Shown: positions 27,033 through 40,100 of the stretch, one piece after another
Layout: each line of letters starts with the position of its first letter
How positions within the stretch are numbered: the first letter of the stretch is position 1
NCBI GenBank assembly: GCA_051362555.1
Contig: CM120640.1
Coordinates: 19,220,001-19,284,000 of the forward strand
Direction: 5' to 3'
Origin: Lingula anatina
Lineage: Eukaryota; Animalia; Brachiopoda
Length of the DNA: 64,000 nucleotides
Notes under the pieces: generated by a model
Database searches by the model: none
What the model saw: the letters and a program-made list of their open reading frames with translations, nothing else
What the model was told of the DNA's origin: nothing
Position numbers and translations under genes: made by a program

Positions 27033-28241
27033 GCCCATTAGAATCGGATTCGTTGAAGGAGACGACACGCAGAAAACGGCCATTAATGACCCGCATCGAA
27101 AGAGATTCGTGTGTAAGTTCCACGCACTTAGGATATGGCAAGTTCCAACAGAAGGCCGTTGTTTTTTCAGACCGTGACTTTTCGACACGGGTCATTCATG
27201 AGAAACCTTAAAGTAATTGTGGAATATTATACAGTAGCTGGTTCTACTGCATGCTGTTGTACAGCAATCAGTCCGATCTCATAGGAAACTGCAGAAGGCT
27301 TAATTGATGAATGAATAGGGGTTGGGTTTGTTGCGAGAAGTTGCTGATTATTGCATTCTTAATTTAGACAACCGCGTTTAATTTATTATAACAATATCAA
27401 AGCAGCAACTGCTGTTTTGTTCTTACTAAGACTTCAGTCCTTTGAACCAAGATGAGAATAATTGACTCTTGTTTCTTATCTAGGTGCATTTCACAGAACT
27501 TTTACTGTTAAAACACTGTAAAGGTGAAATGATGAATTGCTATATGTAAATATTAAGAGAACATATTTTTTCCAAGCAGTTTGCTTAGGTTATTTATGGC
27601 AGTGTTGTACAGAAGATGTAAATATTGATGAATAATTTCGTTTGAACTGGTGAAATAAACATTATTAATAGAGATCGTTTCCCTTGTTCTATCCCACCGC
27701 TTTCCATCAATCAGTGCATGATGATACACGTTCACGCAAGAAATGACGCACGAGGGCTAATTACTGTAGGCTATGAGAATTTCGGGAATCCTGATTCCGA
27801 GAAATCAATTGTGAAAACACTTTTGTCGGAAATAATTCATAAAATAGACAAAGATTTGAGCGATAATCATCGTGCTGTTGATTAAATCCGCAATGAAGCA
27901 AATCGATTTAAACTCAATAATGACTTGATAGACCGTTATGGCAGCAAGTTATAACCGGTAAATCGCAAGGAATAGTCTTGAAAGTGTCATTTCTCTCACA
28001 AAAGGAAAATATCATCGAAAAATATGTTCATGTTGTCTTTGACGCGATATGAAGGACTGTACCTTGTCATTTTAATGTGGCGTTTCATTTTGTGAAAGGT
28101 AGACCTTTTTTGACATAATGGTATAGAATCAATTTTTTTAGTCAGAGACAAAAGGGTGCTCGGTACGAATCCTCCAGAACACCACATCTTTCGGGCCTGG
28201 TTTGTCTGGCTCTCTGGGTTGGGTCATAAATTGTCATATAA

Positions 28242-28536
28242 CACTGGCGGATCCAATGGAGGGGGGGGGGGGGCACAATGATTAAAAAATAATTTGATTC
28301 GCTCTTCAAATATCAAGCAGTCGACAAGGACACTTAAACTCTCATGTGTTGGGCACACAAATGAAAGTAATGCATCAGTTTCGCTCTTTTTACCCGATTT
28401 TTTAAAATTATATATAGTATTTTTGTGTGAGGGGGTGGGGGGTGGGGTAAGGGGATAAGGGAGTACCTCAGAAGTTGGCGGGGGGGGGGGGGGGGGCACG
28501 TACCCGTCATTTCTCCCTACCCTGGATTCACCTTTG
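28242..28536. mobile_element. Degenerate MITE-like element (CA(C/G)TGGCGGATCC-type end, poly-G tracts)
   Basis: Left end CACTGGCGGATCCA followed by a G-run; degenerate right end TGGATTCACCTTTG. A related terminus, GATCCGCCACTG, occurs at ~14089-14100. Confidence 0.45.
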
Positions 28537-31150
28537 TATTGACAATTTAGCTAAGGTCACCGATAAAAAAAGCGATTTTCAACACACCTGATGAAATGCC
28601 CCATCAAATATACAGACAGGAGTCTAGACCATTGTCAGGTAGTTACCGTAATTAAGAAAGGTTTCTAGGCAGACATCAGGAGCAACGGTGCCAGTGTATG
28701 TTTAATTTTCCTAATTAAAGGAAATGTCGCAAAGGAAATCCATTACAGTAGACAGACTGGACTGTATGTACATCTCGGCGAGGTTAACTTGGACAAGAGT
28801 TAGAATTCTGTGCGATAATGAGGAGACGAAGTGCGGTCGAGCCAAGAAGTAGTCAACAATTCCTGACAAGCGTTTGAACTGTAAAATATGAAAGTGGGAG
28901 CAGGCGAAGAAAGGTTACCAACTGTCCCGCCTCCAAGTAGCCTGAAATAAGTAACTTGGCCTGGACTTAAATAACAGAGACTGGAATAATTTGCCCCGAG
29001 ATGCACTTTAATTAAAACACGGACCTTGCGCAAAAAAAACGCAAATTATGTATTCAATAGACTGGTTACAGTAATTGTTGAAAAGAATGAGGAAGCTCTA
29101 AATAAACCGAGCGTTGTGTACAAACTCATCAAAGACGCTCTATAAAAAAAAGACCTCTGTGAAAAAAAGCATACATTTTAATCAGCAATATCCTTCCAAA
29201 GCACACTGCTTTCTCAGCGACGAGTTATTTGGTTAAGTGACAAACTATTCCCACAGCTATTATTCTTCATTACGCTCGTCACAACGTTTGAAGTGGTTCT
29301 TAAAAATAATATCGCGCCATCGTCGCATTATGGCTCGTTAAGACAGATACACTTTTATCAAAACAGCCATGATGAAAGGTCATCGCACCCATCGGATAAA
29401 CTGCAGCGAAATGTCAAGAAAATATTGAGAAGGCGAAATAAATGTCAGGAAATATGCACAAAACAAGCTAACAAGTGTTTCAGTGCATTCGATACCTTCA
29501 CATAATATCTCCTAAATATAATAAAACAAACCTTTTAAGTTTTCTTGCGTATCAGTTCGGAATGACACATTAAAAAAAAGTCAAGACAATGATTTGAGCA
29601 TTTCGTGATTTATACACCAATTGTATTTCTTTTACATAAACATCAGAAATGCAAAGTAAACCATGCCTTGTATATCAAAACAATTCAGAGAAATTGTCCA
29701 GCTAATTGCATAGTTACTGGTATTAGTTCCAGTGTTTTACATAAAATGCTGTTAATAATATATACATAAGAATAATTGACAATATACATACACAATTTAT
29801 AATTTCCAGCTATATATTAAACATCTATACATTACACTTCCACCAATAAAAATATGGAATTTTTACTCAAGCCTTTTCAATGGCAAAATGTTGGCATATT
29901 CCACTTTCACAACCTACGTGGCAATTAGGTAAATCTTAGGAGCATTTAAACCTTTCATTCTAAAATTATAACAAGGATTCTCAAAAACTGAGCACACCAG
30001 GATATATCAGACAGACAACCATTCCTGAGTACTACGTGGCTGAACAGTTCATTGCTGCACAAATATCTATGGAGACATACGCACATTTCCACAGGTGAAT
30101 TCAGAATCGGTATCACTTACAGCTTTGTCTGGGACTAGACAGCGACTCCTACCCTATTAAACACATATTGGCAACACTGCCAAGTGTTGCGTGTGACTGC
30201 ATGAAAAGAAACTATACAAGTACAACAATGCCATAGATGATCAAGTCCTAAATTTATCAATCAAGCTGTCTAGTCCCAATATATACTTCACATAAGAACA
30301 ATCCTAAAAAGTGCTTTACTGTGCCTCCCTTTCCAAACACAATTATCCCCCAGCATTTTTTTTTTCAGCTTTAATCAAACTTAAAGATAAATCAGGATTG
30401 TGCTAATTCATTTTTTGTTCAACTCAAGACGTTGTGTGGTAAAAGTACTGAGCAAAAATATAAATACAGTAATATGTATATTTAAAAAAATGAAACCTGC
30501 ACATTTCAACATTCTTATTGAGCAAAACAATGCCATAATGTCCAAATAAGGATTTGGAACTTATTTTCCCCAGGGTATGACAAATTTGTTCACAAAACGG
30601 AGCCAACGTCTTTATTGTGGTTGTAATGGGGTGAAGTGTGGTTAAGGCAGCTTAGAGTTTAATCACTTGGCAATGATTACCCAGCTCTTGAACTCAAACC
30701 ACAGAAAAGTCATTCAATGGAAATCATGCCTGGTTACAAGAATACATTGTGCGTAGACAATAATAACAGCGTAAAACCCAATTTAAAATGAATAAACCAT
30801 ATTTCTAATGTATTAACAATACAACAGCCTAAAAATGGGCTTTAAATCTCTCTGAGGACATTTGCCTCAAACAATGCACTACATAGGTGGGAAATACCTA
30901 AAAACAGCACCAATAGTAAAATATTATTCTATGTTCTTAAACATGAATATGTTAAAAAAAGTCTCTGGTCTATGATGTTAATACCGTATGGTATTTTATG
31001 TTCTTTGGAAATCTCTGATATATCTATGTAGTATGTTTTTACAAAAGATCATATAACAGTGAAACAACATCCATCAATTTCAAAACCTTGAAAGTCTCAG
31101 ATTAAAATACAGTCCCATTGTGTTGTGCTCCTAGTCATGTCTGCATTGCA

Positions 31151-34100
31151 TTAGATGTTCCAGCACATCACAACCAAACACAACAACATCACTGCCAAGC
31201 TCCATTTATAAGTCACTGCTCCTGAAACTAATAACAAATTGCATGTTAAAATATGACAGAATATGTACCTAATTGTACAATTTCAATGTCAACTTTCTTG
31301 ACATCAATAAATTGCACATTAAAAATTGCACATTAAATAGGCTCTTGATAAGTAGAAGAAAGGACCAAAGACCTACTTAATTTTTAACAGACCAAAGATG
31401 AAGATTTTGCACCAGGGATACAGTTGCATTTAAAAACCTTATTTTAATGTTTTCACACCCACCTTATTTTAGCACACACCAAAACCTTAAACATAACTTC
31501 ATGATAAACTTATTGGAATCAATGTTGCTGTGTGATAAGCACAACAGCTGTCTTTAAATTGAGGGGCTTCATTTTACATATTCAACAAAACTTATTGTAT
31601 TGAAGTTTGCTTTTTGTCTCACCTGTGTTATCAGTGTTTGGACTTGGTGTAGGTGCTTTCACTTCTATAATGTCAGCACATGCTAACCTGCCACCACCTC
31701 CATTCTCTGTATGGACGGTTATAGATCTGCCAATTACTGGGGAAATAATAACATTTATTATTGTAACAGTGTAATAATTATTGCTTCGAAAATATTATCC
31801 AGGATTTATTATTTGAGAAAGGATGGTAAATGTAGTACTACATAGTTTTAGGGATGCATCAGGAGAATGCATATTTATGGTGAATTTTTTAAAATCAAAA
31901 TTGAAAACGGATGCCAAGTACAAAAGGCACAGACCTTGTGTATCTTGCATACACACACATATCTGCATGCCATGCATGAATGTCAGATACCACATCCATA
32001 TCTCAGGTTCTGAACATCTGTCATGATGCAAATCAGTCAGCAAGCTAAGGTGAATGTGACATTCACTTTTGCTTCACAGTCATGTTTATACCATACACCT
32101 TGCAGAGTCATGGCGTATCTCTTCCATAAGAATGACTAGGGGAAAATAATTGCAGGCCACACAAAGCAGCAGCTCCTACCTGAAAATTTTCCATGTAGAG
32201 GCAGGTCTACATCATTGAACAGCACCCTTCCACTGCCTATATCATACTGTCCCTGCTTTCCGGATATGTCTCCCATCTCACAGCGCAGTGGGTTGGAAAA
32301 ACTGCAGTCACTACTGTAACTTCCCTGTTAAAGTATATTACAATATGATGTCTCAAGTAGTCATTACTGAGTTGTCTGTGTAGCAAAATGTTTGTAATAC
32401 TTTAAATTTGTAACTTTAACCCAGTCTTCAGAATTAAACCTTGTTTTTCATCAATCTATCTCGACAGATGAACTAACAACAGTTTTATATGCAAACAATT
32501 GAACAATGAAAAACAACCATTTGGCTTCAGACAAAATCATTCTTTAACCCAGAAAAGTGTAGGAATAAAATAATTTCAAAAATTTTAATGTATTGTTAGC
32601 AGATCACTCAGATGACAGAGCAACTCATTTGAAAAAAAAATCTATCTAATAAATTTTAGTTTTGCAATGTTAAATGTTTATCAAATAAATCCTTGTTATA
32701 AGAAAGTAATAATTCATACAAATTCCAATATAGAAATACTTACAGTTGTGTTGACTCTGTAAGGGTTGTAATGTGGACCTACACTTTTACATCTTTTGTC
32801 TAAGGCAACTGTACCGTCACTTCCAACTTTGGACTCATGTACGTGCCAATTATGATCATTTGTCTGAAAAACAAAAAATAAAAAAATAAATAAATAAGAT
32901 AAACATAATTCAAAATAATCCCTAATTCAAAGGTAACCCTGCTAAAATTTAGCTAGCATGATAGTTAATACAGTACAATTCACAAATTTGCAAGTCCCAC
33001 TGATATTTGTGGAATTCAAGAATTAAATAGATTCAACAGAAGACAGCATTAATATAACATGTACTAGTGGTGTTAAAAGTCCAATAACTCACAGTCTGTG
33101 TGCCATTTGCATATTTCAGGTCCATTTCAATTGTTGTGTCACTGAAACTGCCATCTGTATATGTCATCTGATGCTGTAAAAAACAAAAAAAAAGTTTCAT
33201 CAAGGATTTAGATAGGAAACTATTTTCTAATTCATATATGTGATAAAGCATTAAAATGAAGCACTAGGCTTTCTTTGTTATATGAAAAGAATCTATACAC
33301 ATTTCCACATAATATAACCTTTCAACTTACCATCTTTATATACCCGCGAAGTACCCCAGCATCAAAGGTAGCAATGGCTACCACTTTGGTCCCTGTCTTA
33401 GCAGTTATATTTCCACATACCCAGCGAGAGCCCGAGCTGTCACTTTTATGAATAACAATTGACCGTCCAACGATACTTTGTGGTCCAAAAAGTGGCAAGT
33501 TATTGTCTTCCTTCACCATTGCCATGGAATTCATGGTATTCATCATACCATACTTTCCACTCATGTCACCAACCTCATACTCATCATTTGTTCCTGTTCC
33601 TGCAGCAGGACTGTTAGCCACAGTAATGTTATAGGGGTTGAAATGCCCCTGTACCCCTTTACTAGAACATGGGCTGTTCATGCCATCTGGCACTGGAAGC
33701 ACGTGTACATGGTACCCTCCTGCATTGGCTCCAAGGTTGGCCATGTTGATAGAAACCTCAGTCATATCAAACATGGAGTTCTGAGTGAAAGTGAATGTTC
33801 CAGTTGGCCCTCCTGCACTCCATGATGTGACCTCAGCCACCATGGGCTTGACTTCATATATATCACCACACGCTAATCTTCCTGCGCCAACATGTATCAC
33901 CATTGACAGACCAATCACAGAATGTGGACCTGATAGAGGGAGGAGAATGTCAGTAAAGAACGCATGAGTAAAACCTCCAGAGGAATCCCCAATGCTCAGT
34001 GTGGTGTGTTTTCCAGACAGATCACCAAGTTCGCATCGCAGTGGATTGTTCTCTGAACACTCAGTGGCATAATTGCCCTGCATGTAACTGTCATATGGAT

Positions 34101-37100
34101 TAAAATGTGCCTTAGCAGACATGCAACGTCCTGTGTCAGCCATAAAATCTTCACTCACTTTTGTTTGATGCACATGAAAATTGTGCCCAGAGCTTCCAGT
34201 CATTCCATTTGCATAACCAAGCTTGGCAAAAATGCTTGTATCTGTGAGTGGGTTATTCTTTTCTTGGCGCATAATTATTTCTCCAATAACTGGGTACTTG
34301 AATGTTACTTTGGCTGTTATAGTTTCTGCAGGATAGTCAATATTGGCACACACCCACCTTGGTGAACCTGGCATATTTTTATGTATGACAACTGATCTCC
34401 CAATAATACTATTGGGGCCAAAGAGGGGCAGGTTATAGTCAATGTAGACAGCAGCCATCAGAGATGCCATGTTGGCCAGTGATCCATATTTCCCACTAAG
34501 GTCTCCAACCTCGTATTCATCATTGGTACCAGTTCCTGCACTTGGGCTAGTACTTGGATCTATACCAAAGGGATTCCAATGTCCGCCTACATCCTTGCCG
34601 CTACACTGGAAATCATCAGCAAACATTTTAGGAACTAATGGATATGCATGGACGTGCCAACCACCAGCCAGATTCTGAAGGTTCTGGAAGTTGACAGTCA
34701 CTGTTGTTGGGTCCAATGGAGAATTTTGCATGAACCGCACAGACCCTTTCATTCCACTCATGCTAAATGTTGCAGAGACATTCTTTGGGACAACCTCAAC
34801 AATATTGGCACAGGCAATAATTGCATCACTTGCAGAGTACACAGCCAGGGACTTTCCAATGACAGAACTGGAACCTGAGAGAGCAAGATTGGTGTCAGTG
34901 ACAAATGTCTTCTGACTGGACTTGGTCAGTCCAATACCAACAGTTCCAAACTTCCCCTGCAAATCACCGGCCATGCAAGAGCTGTGGTCTGATGAACTGC
35001 AGGTCCCAGTTACCCCACCAGGATTGTACACATCACCTAGGGCAGCACAGCGTTCACTCATGGCTTTACTCTCTGTCAAGTCAGCAGCAACTGCATTGGA
35101 GTGAATCTTTAGGTATGATGCTGTGCTTGGTGCTGATGTGGAATCAGTGAAAAATAGATCAGCATAGATGGCGACGCCTGCTCTAGTGTTGCTTGTATCT
35201 TCACGGAAGTAAATTGTGCCTCCCACTGGTCCTGGCAGTCTGACCATGACTGTCTTCACAATACCAGTGGGCTGTATTGTAGCACAGACTGTGTGGGTTC
35301 CGTCAGTGGCACTCAGACGAAGGGTGCGACCTAGAATATATATACATGTACAATATCAACTTCAAAGGCAACACCTGGGTTCATACACCAAGACATTTTA
35401 ATCAATTATTGCAAACATTAATCAAATGGTGAAAAGAATTCTCAAAAAAAAAATAAATAAATAAATAAAATAAATAATAATAATAAAAATAAATAATTAA
35501 ATAAATAAAATTAAATTAAATAACCTTATTATAAATTTGACAGTTCCTGCTTTCTGTTTCAATACATAAAATCAGTATATGATTTTATATCTACCTGTTA
35601 TGCTGTCCTTTCCAGAGAGGTGTAGACTACTGTCACTGTAGCTGGCAGATGCTTGGTTTGATGGAGTCAAGAAACCATGGCTATCACTGAGGTTTCCACC
35701 ATTTGGCAGCCTAAGGAATTAGTAATGTGATGTTTTACGCAATCATCATCACAAATCATATATGGTATTTGCATTAAGATGAATGGTTTAATATCCAAAA
35801 GGTTTTAATTTCAAAAATATACTGATACACATTTAGTGGTAAACTTTCCTCTAAACCCTCCAAAGTTTTGTGCTATATTAATTTAATATTAAGGAATCGG
35901 GAATGCTTCATGCTCAGTTAACTTCTATTTAATTTTGTAACATGTAAAAGGAAGACATTTTTTTTTACAAAATTCCACTGTCAAGGTGCATAATTTCATA
36001 TCACATTTCATAGGCATTGGTGTATATAAGGATTCATTGAAGTTGACTGACAACTGTAAAAGGCACAGCCTTGAGCATCCATTAAATATTGAGTAATACC
36101 AAAACTACAAGTAACAAAATATAGGTGTTGAAACCAAAGCATGAAAACCATCAAAGAAAATACCTAGCTATGATATGTATTATTATCCCAATACCATCTA
36201 GTATATAGTATATGAGAGTGCAGCAGTACTCACAAGAGATCAAATTATCACAATTATATCCAGATCATATAACACATAATTGGTTTATGAGTAGTTATGA
36301 TACAAAAGGCCAAGATCCACTTACAGGTTAAATGCCAGGTTACCTAAGCCATTTCACTATTTAGATACACAATAATAGTCACTTTGCTCCTAGTCCACCA
36401 CCCATATCAGTTACTGTACCCAGGACAGAATAAAATGTCCTAAGATTAAGTGTTCCTTTGATCAGTATTCTATGGGCTGAATTGTAAATTAGATTAGTGC
36501 ATTGTTTTTGTAATTGAAACAGATGTCTAACATCAAGTGCATGCCTGCCCTATGTAAATTAAAATATGCTAAAGAGTGGCTTGTGAGAAAGATCATGGAA
36601 TGTGTTAAACAGACAAATAAATGAATCCTAGTAGTAACACTTCGAAAAAATGAAGGTAATAATAAGATCAATAAATATAAAAAGTAAACACTTGTAAAAA
36701 TGATAAAATAAATTCATTAATAACTTAAAAATAAGGCAATAACGAAATCAATAAATATCAATAATAAACACTTGTAAAATTCATAAAATAAATTCAAAAA
36801 TCAAAGATACAAAAGAACTATAAAAATGGAGCAGTATTGAAAATCTTACCAATAACAACTGATTAAATGATCAATTAAAATATTAGTGATTTACAATAGA
36901 AATCATCACTGCACCATATTATCTAAAAATCAATAACATTCTCAGATTGCATGTTTGCAGAATGGGATGCAAGGCTTAGTGAAATATGTAGTTGAATCTA
37001 AAAGTGCAACCCAACAGCTTGTCTAAAAATGGTTCTTAGTCTAGAGGTTCATTGGTTTGAAAAATATGGAAAATTGCTACAGATTTTTAATAACTGTTCT

Positions 37101-40100
37101 GAAGTTTATTTATCTGAAAGCTTGTAGTCAAAGGATTCATTAGTTTGAATGTTGGTAAATTAGTGTCACTGTGCACTGGTATGAAGATATGACAATGAAT
37201 TTTGAGGGTACAAATATCAAATCTTGACGACTTCAACAGACAATCATTATTGTTATCATACCACCTAAGTAACCTTAAAATAAGCCTTTGGGTCAATGAA
37301 GTTTCAGGCCACTAAACTTTCAGAATAAAAATTCCTTAGATTCTTGAAATGAAACTGACACATTGCAACCCAAGTCAAGCATATATATATTTTTAAAGGA
37401 GGCATTTCAAAACATCAGGCTGTTTTCAGAAATGTGACTTCTTTATCTTCTTGATCAATTTATCGCATGGAAGAGGAGTTCTTCTGATTTGTCATCCATA
37501 TCAAAGACTCCCCGTGTACTAAAACTACCTTTCCATCTGACTTAGCCTTCCTATTATCTGTCTCATCCTTTTTATTCTAAAAACACTAAATCTTTATTGA
37601 CTCAAATATATGATATAGCAAAGTTGTTAAATACACATCATTTACTGTGTTGTTTGCATGTTAAACTATAATTATATAGTTATAAAAATACAGGAGAAAA
37701 AGGTGAGTAATAATCTGTTTTTGCTCTATACCAACAACAAAATTTGTAACGAGTTAAATATAAGACCACTGAGCAGTTTAACATTTTCCTGTGAAAAACT
37801 CATATGCTTAATGAATTTTCTTGTGGTAAACAGATTTTTTATTTACCATGAACAACCTTAGATCTGTGGGGGCTTTGTTAAGGCTGGGATCCATCATACA
37901 TGTATGATCTAATTTATAGCTTTTCATACAAATACTGTCCTGTTAACCGTCAGCCTGCCTCTACTTTTCCCTCTTTTCATCTCTAGTAAGTACACACTGA
38001 CCAAGGAAATAATAGATATACATGATTTTTAACCCCCTGTCAACACCCATGCAGAATGTTTCTTTCCAAACATACATGGGCTCTGGGCATTTATAATACT
38101 ACCATGCAGCATGAAAGGAATGGGGTAATGTGGCAATGTATTTATCACTGGCTTTTTGGCATTATCTAATAGACTGGCCAACTGATACACAATGATAGTT
38201 TTGTAGTGCTCAACCACCATGTAAGATGTCCATTTAGATAGAGGGGTCTCTGACTTCTATCCCCATAATTTAATTCGTCACTCTTAAGCCCTCAAAAGTT
38301 ATCTTTAAAAGTTCACATCTGATGGACTTAACAACACCCTGAGACAACTTTTCTGATTTGATGTTATCTGCTCGAGTATAGTCTCTTCATGGTATACATG
38401 CACACTTTGGAAAGATGTGTCATAAAGATTAAATTTCACAGACAGGTACGAAACAGCTAGGAGACATCATGCTGCAGACATCAGTTTGGTGACAAATGAC
38501 AGGGTTTACCTTTCACAGCTGGTGTGCGTTAGACTTTATACAAGCTTAGAATCTGTTGGCACTTCTGTGATTTCCATGCCAAGTAAATCTTATAAAATAA
38601 CTTAGTACCTAATTGCAAAACAGGTGTGAGACATGACAAAACAATATCATCAACAATATCATCCTTCACAAATAAAAATTCAATGAAACCATTGTGCTAT
38701 CTAATTGTAAAGTAGGTGTGAGACATGCCAAATACAATATCAATTTCTGTCCTTGTTAATCCAGGTGACCAGGATTTAAACTGTTTAAATGCTCAACTGT
38801 GGTCATTTATGTCAGCTAGCCCACACTTAACCTGTCACTTATTAACAGGTTGCATAGGGGGGAGTGTTTGCACTGTTTTTAAGACACTTAAGGGGTTCCA
38901 ACACTAATAATTTTAGTGGGATCATATTATTTTCAAACCCCTGTCTGTCTCCATTTTTCAGTGTTAATATACGGCTGCAGATTTTCTTCTACTGGGCAGC
39001 TGACTTATCAGACTACATCCAGACAATATGTAGCCTTTAGGACATCAATATATAAATTGTGAAAGGTTAAGACTGTCATAAGGCAAAGAAGAAGAAAGAT
39101 TTGTGAAACAACATGAATAAGAAACAGGAATGTGACAAAGAGTAATATTGCTTTTAAAATTTTTCTTAAGTAAAATATATGAAATTAAAAAAAAAAAAAA
39201 AGAGGCAAAATATATTTGGCCATCAAATTACTCTTTACTTACATGTTACCGATGTCTAAATCTGAGCACCTATTGGCAATGTCAAAGTTAGTGGGAAATT
39301 GGCGAACCTCCCAGCCATATTCTTTTCCTGTTTTTAATCCATTCAAATGAGCAACAATGGAGACTGTTCCACTCTGTGCAGACTGCATGAAACTTATATT
39401 GCCTGTGACACCTTGCATACTAAAGACGGCAGTGCATTCAGTATCAACACCTGTAACCATTCCTAAAAGAAAATAAAAGGCAAAAGTCTCAAAATAAAAG
39501 ACTTGAGATATTAAAAATATTATTACATTCATAATAATATGTGCAAGTGTTATAAAAGTAAAAACTCTTTGTAAGTTTATATAATATCATAACGTCCTTT
39601 TCATTAATCATCATATGGTACTTGTATCATTAGTTATCCACATATTACCCATAATATACCGGTCACAGAATGGAATGTATTCTTGTCTTGTACTTCACAG
39701 GCAACACAATCACATATGAAATAAAACCTCAATCCCACAAGAATTTTGAAGACATGTATCTTTTGTTATCTCTTTTAAATATTGTAACTATTCAGCACCT
39801 CTTATATTTAAAAAAGGGCCATCATTATGTTGTTATGTCTTTTAAATATTGTAACCATTCAGCACCTCTGAAATTTGAAAAAGGGCCATAGTTATGTTGC
39901 TTAATACTTGAATGCTTTTTGTGATATAAGAAGCCCCAGTGGAAGTTCTAGGATGGACAAAGTTTTCTGGTTGTGACACCTGGATGTGATTGCCAACTAA
40001 AAAGGCCAATAAAAACTGTCTGGATTGTTTGCGTTTTTTTAACATAAAAATATGATACCCCCAGAAAAGAAAAATACAATGGTATAAACAGAATTAACAC

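Noticed and set aside
33478-35401. Several plus-strand ORFs over the large CSRP exon
   Set aside because: They are antisense shadow ORFs with no recognisable features.
38621-38742. Two copies of AGGTGTGAGACATG-CAAA-ACAATATCA ~92 bp apart (CRISPR-like spacing)
   Set aside because: Only two degenerate copies in a eukaryotic intron with no cas genes; an ordinary old tandem duplication.
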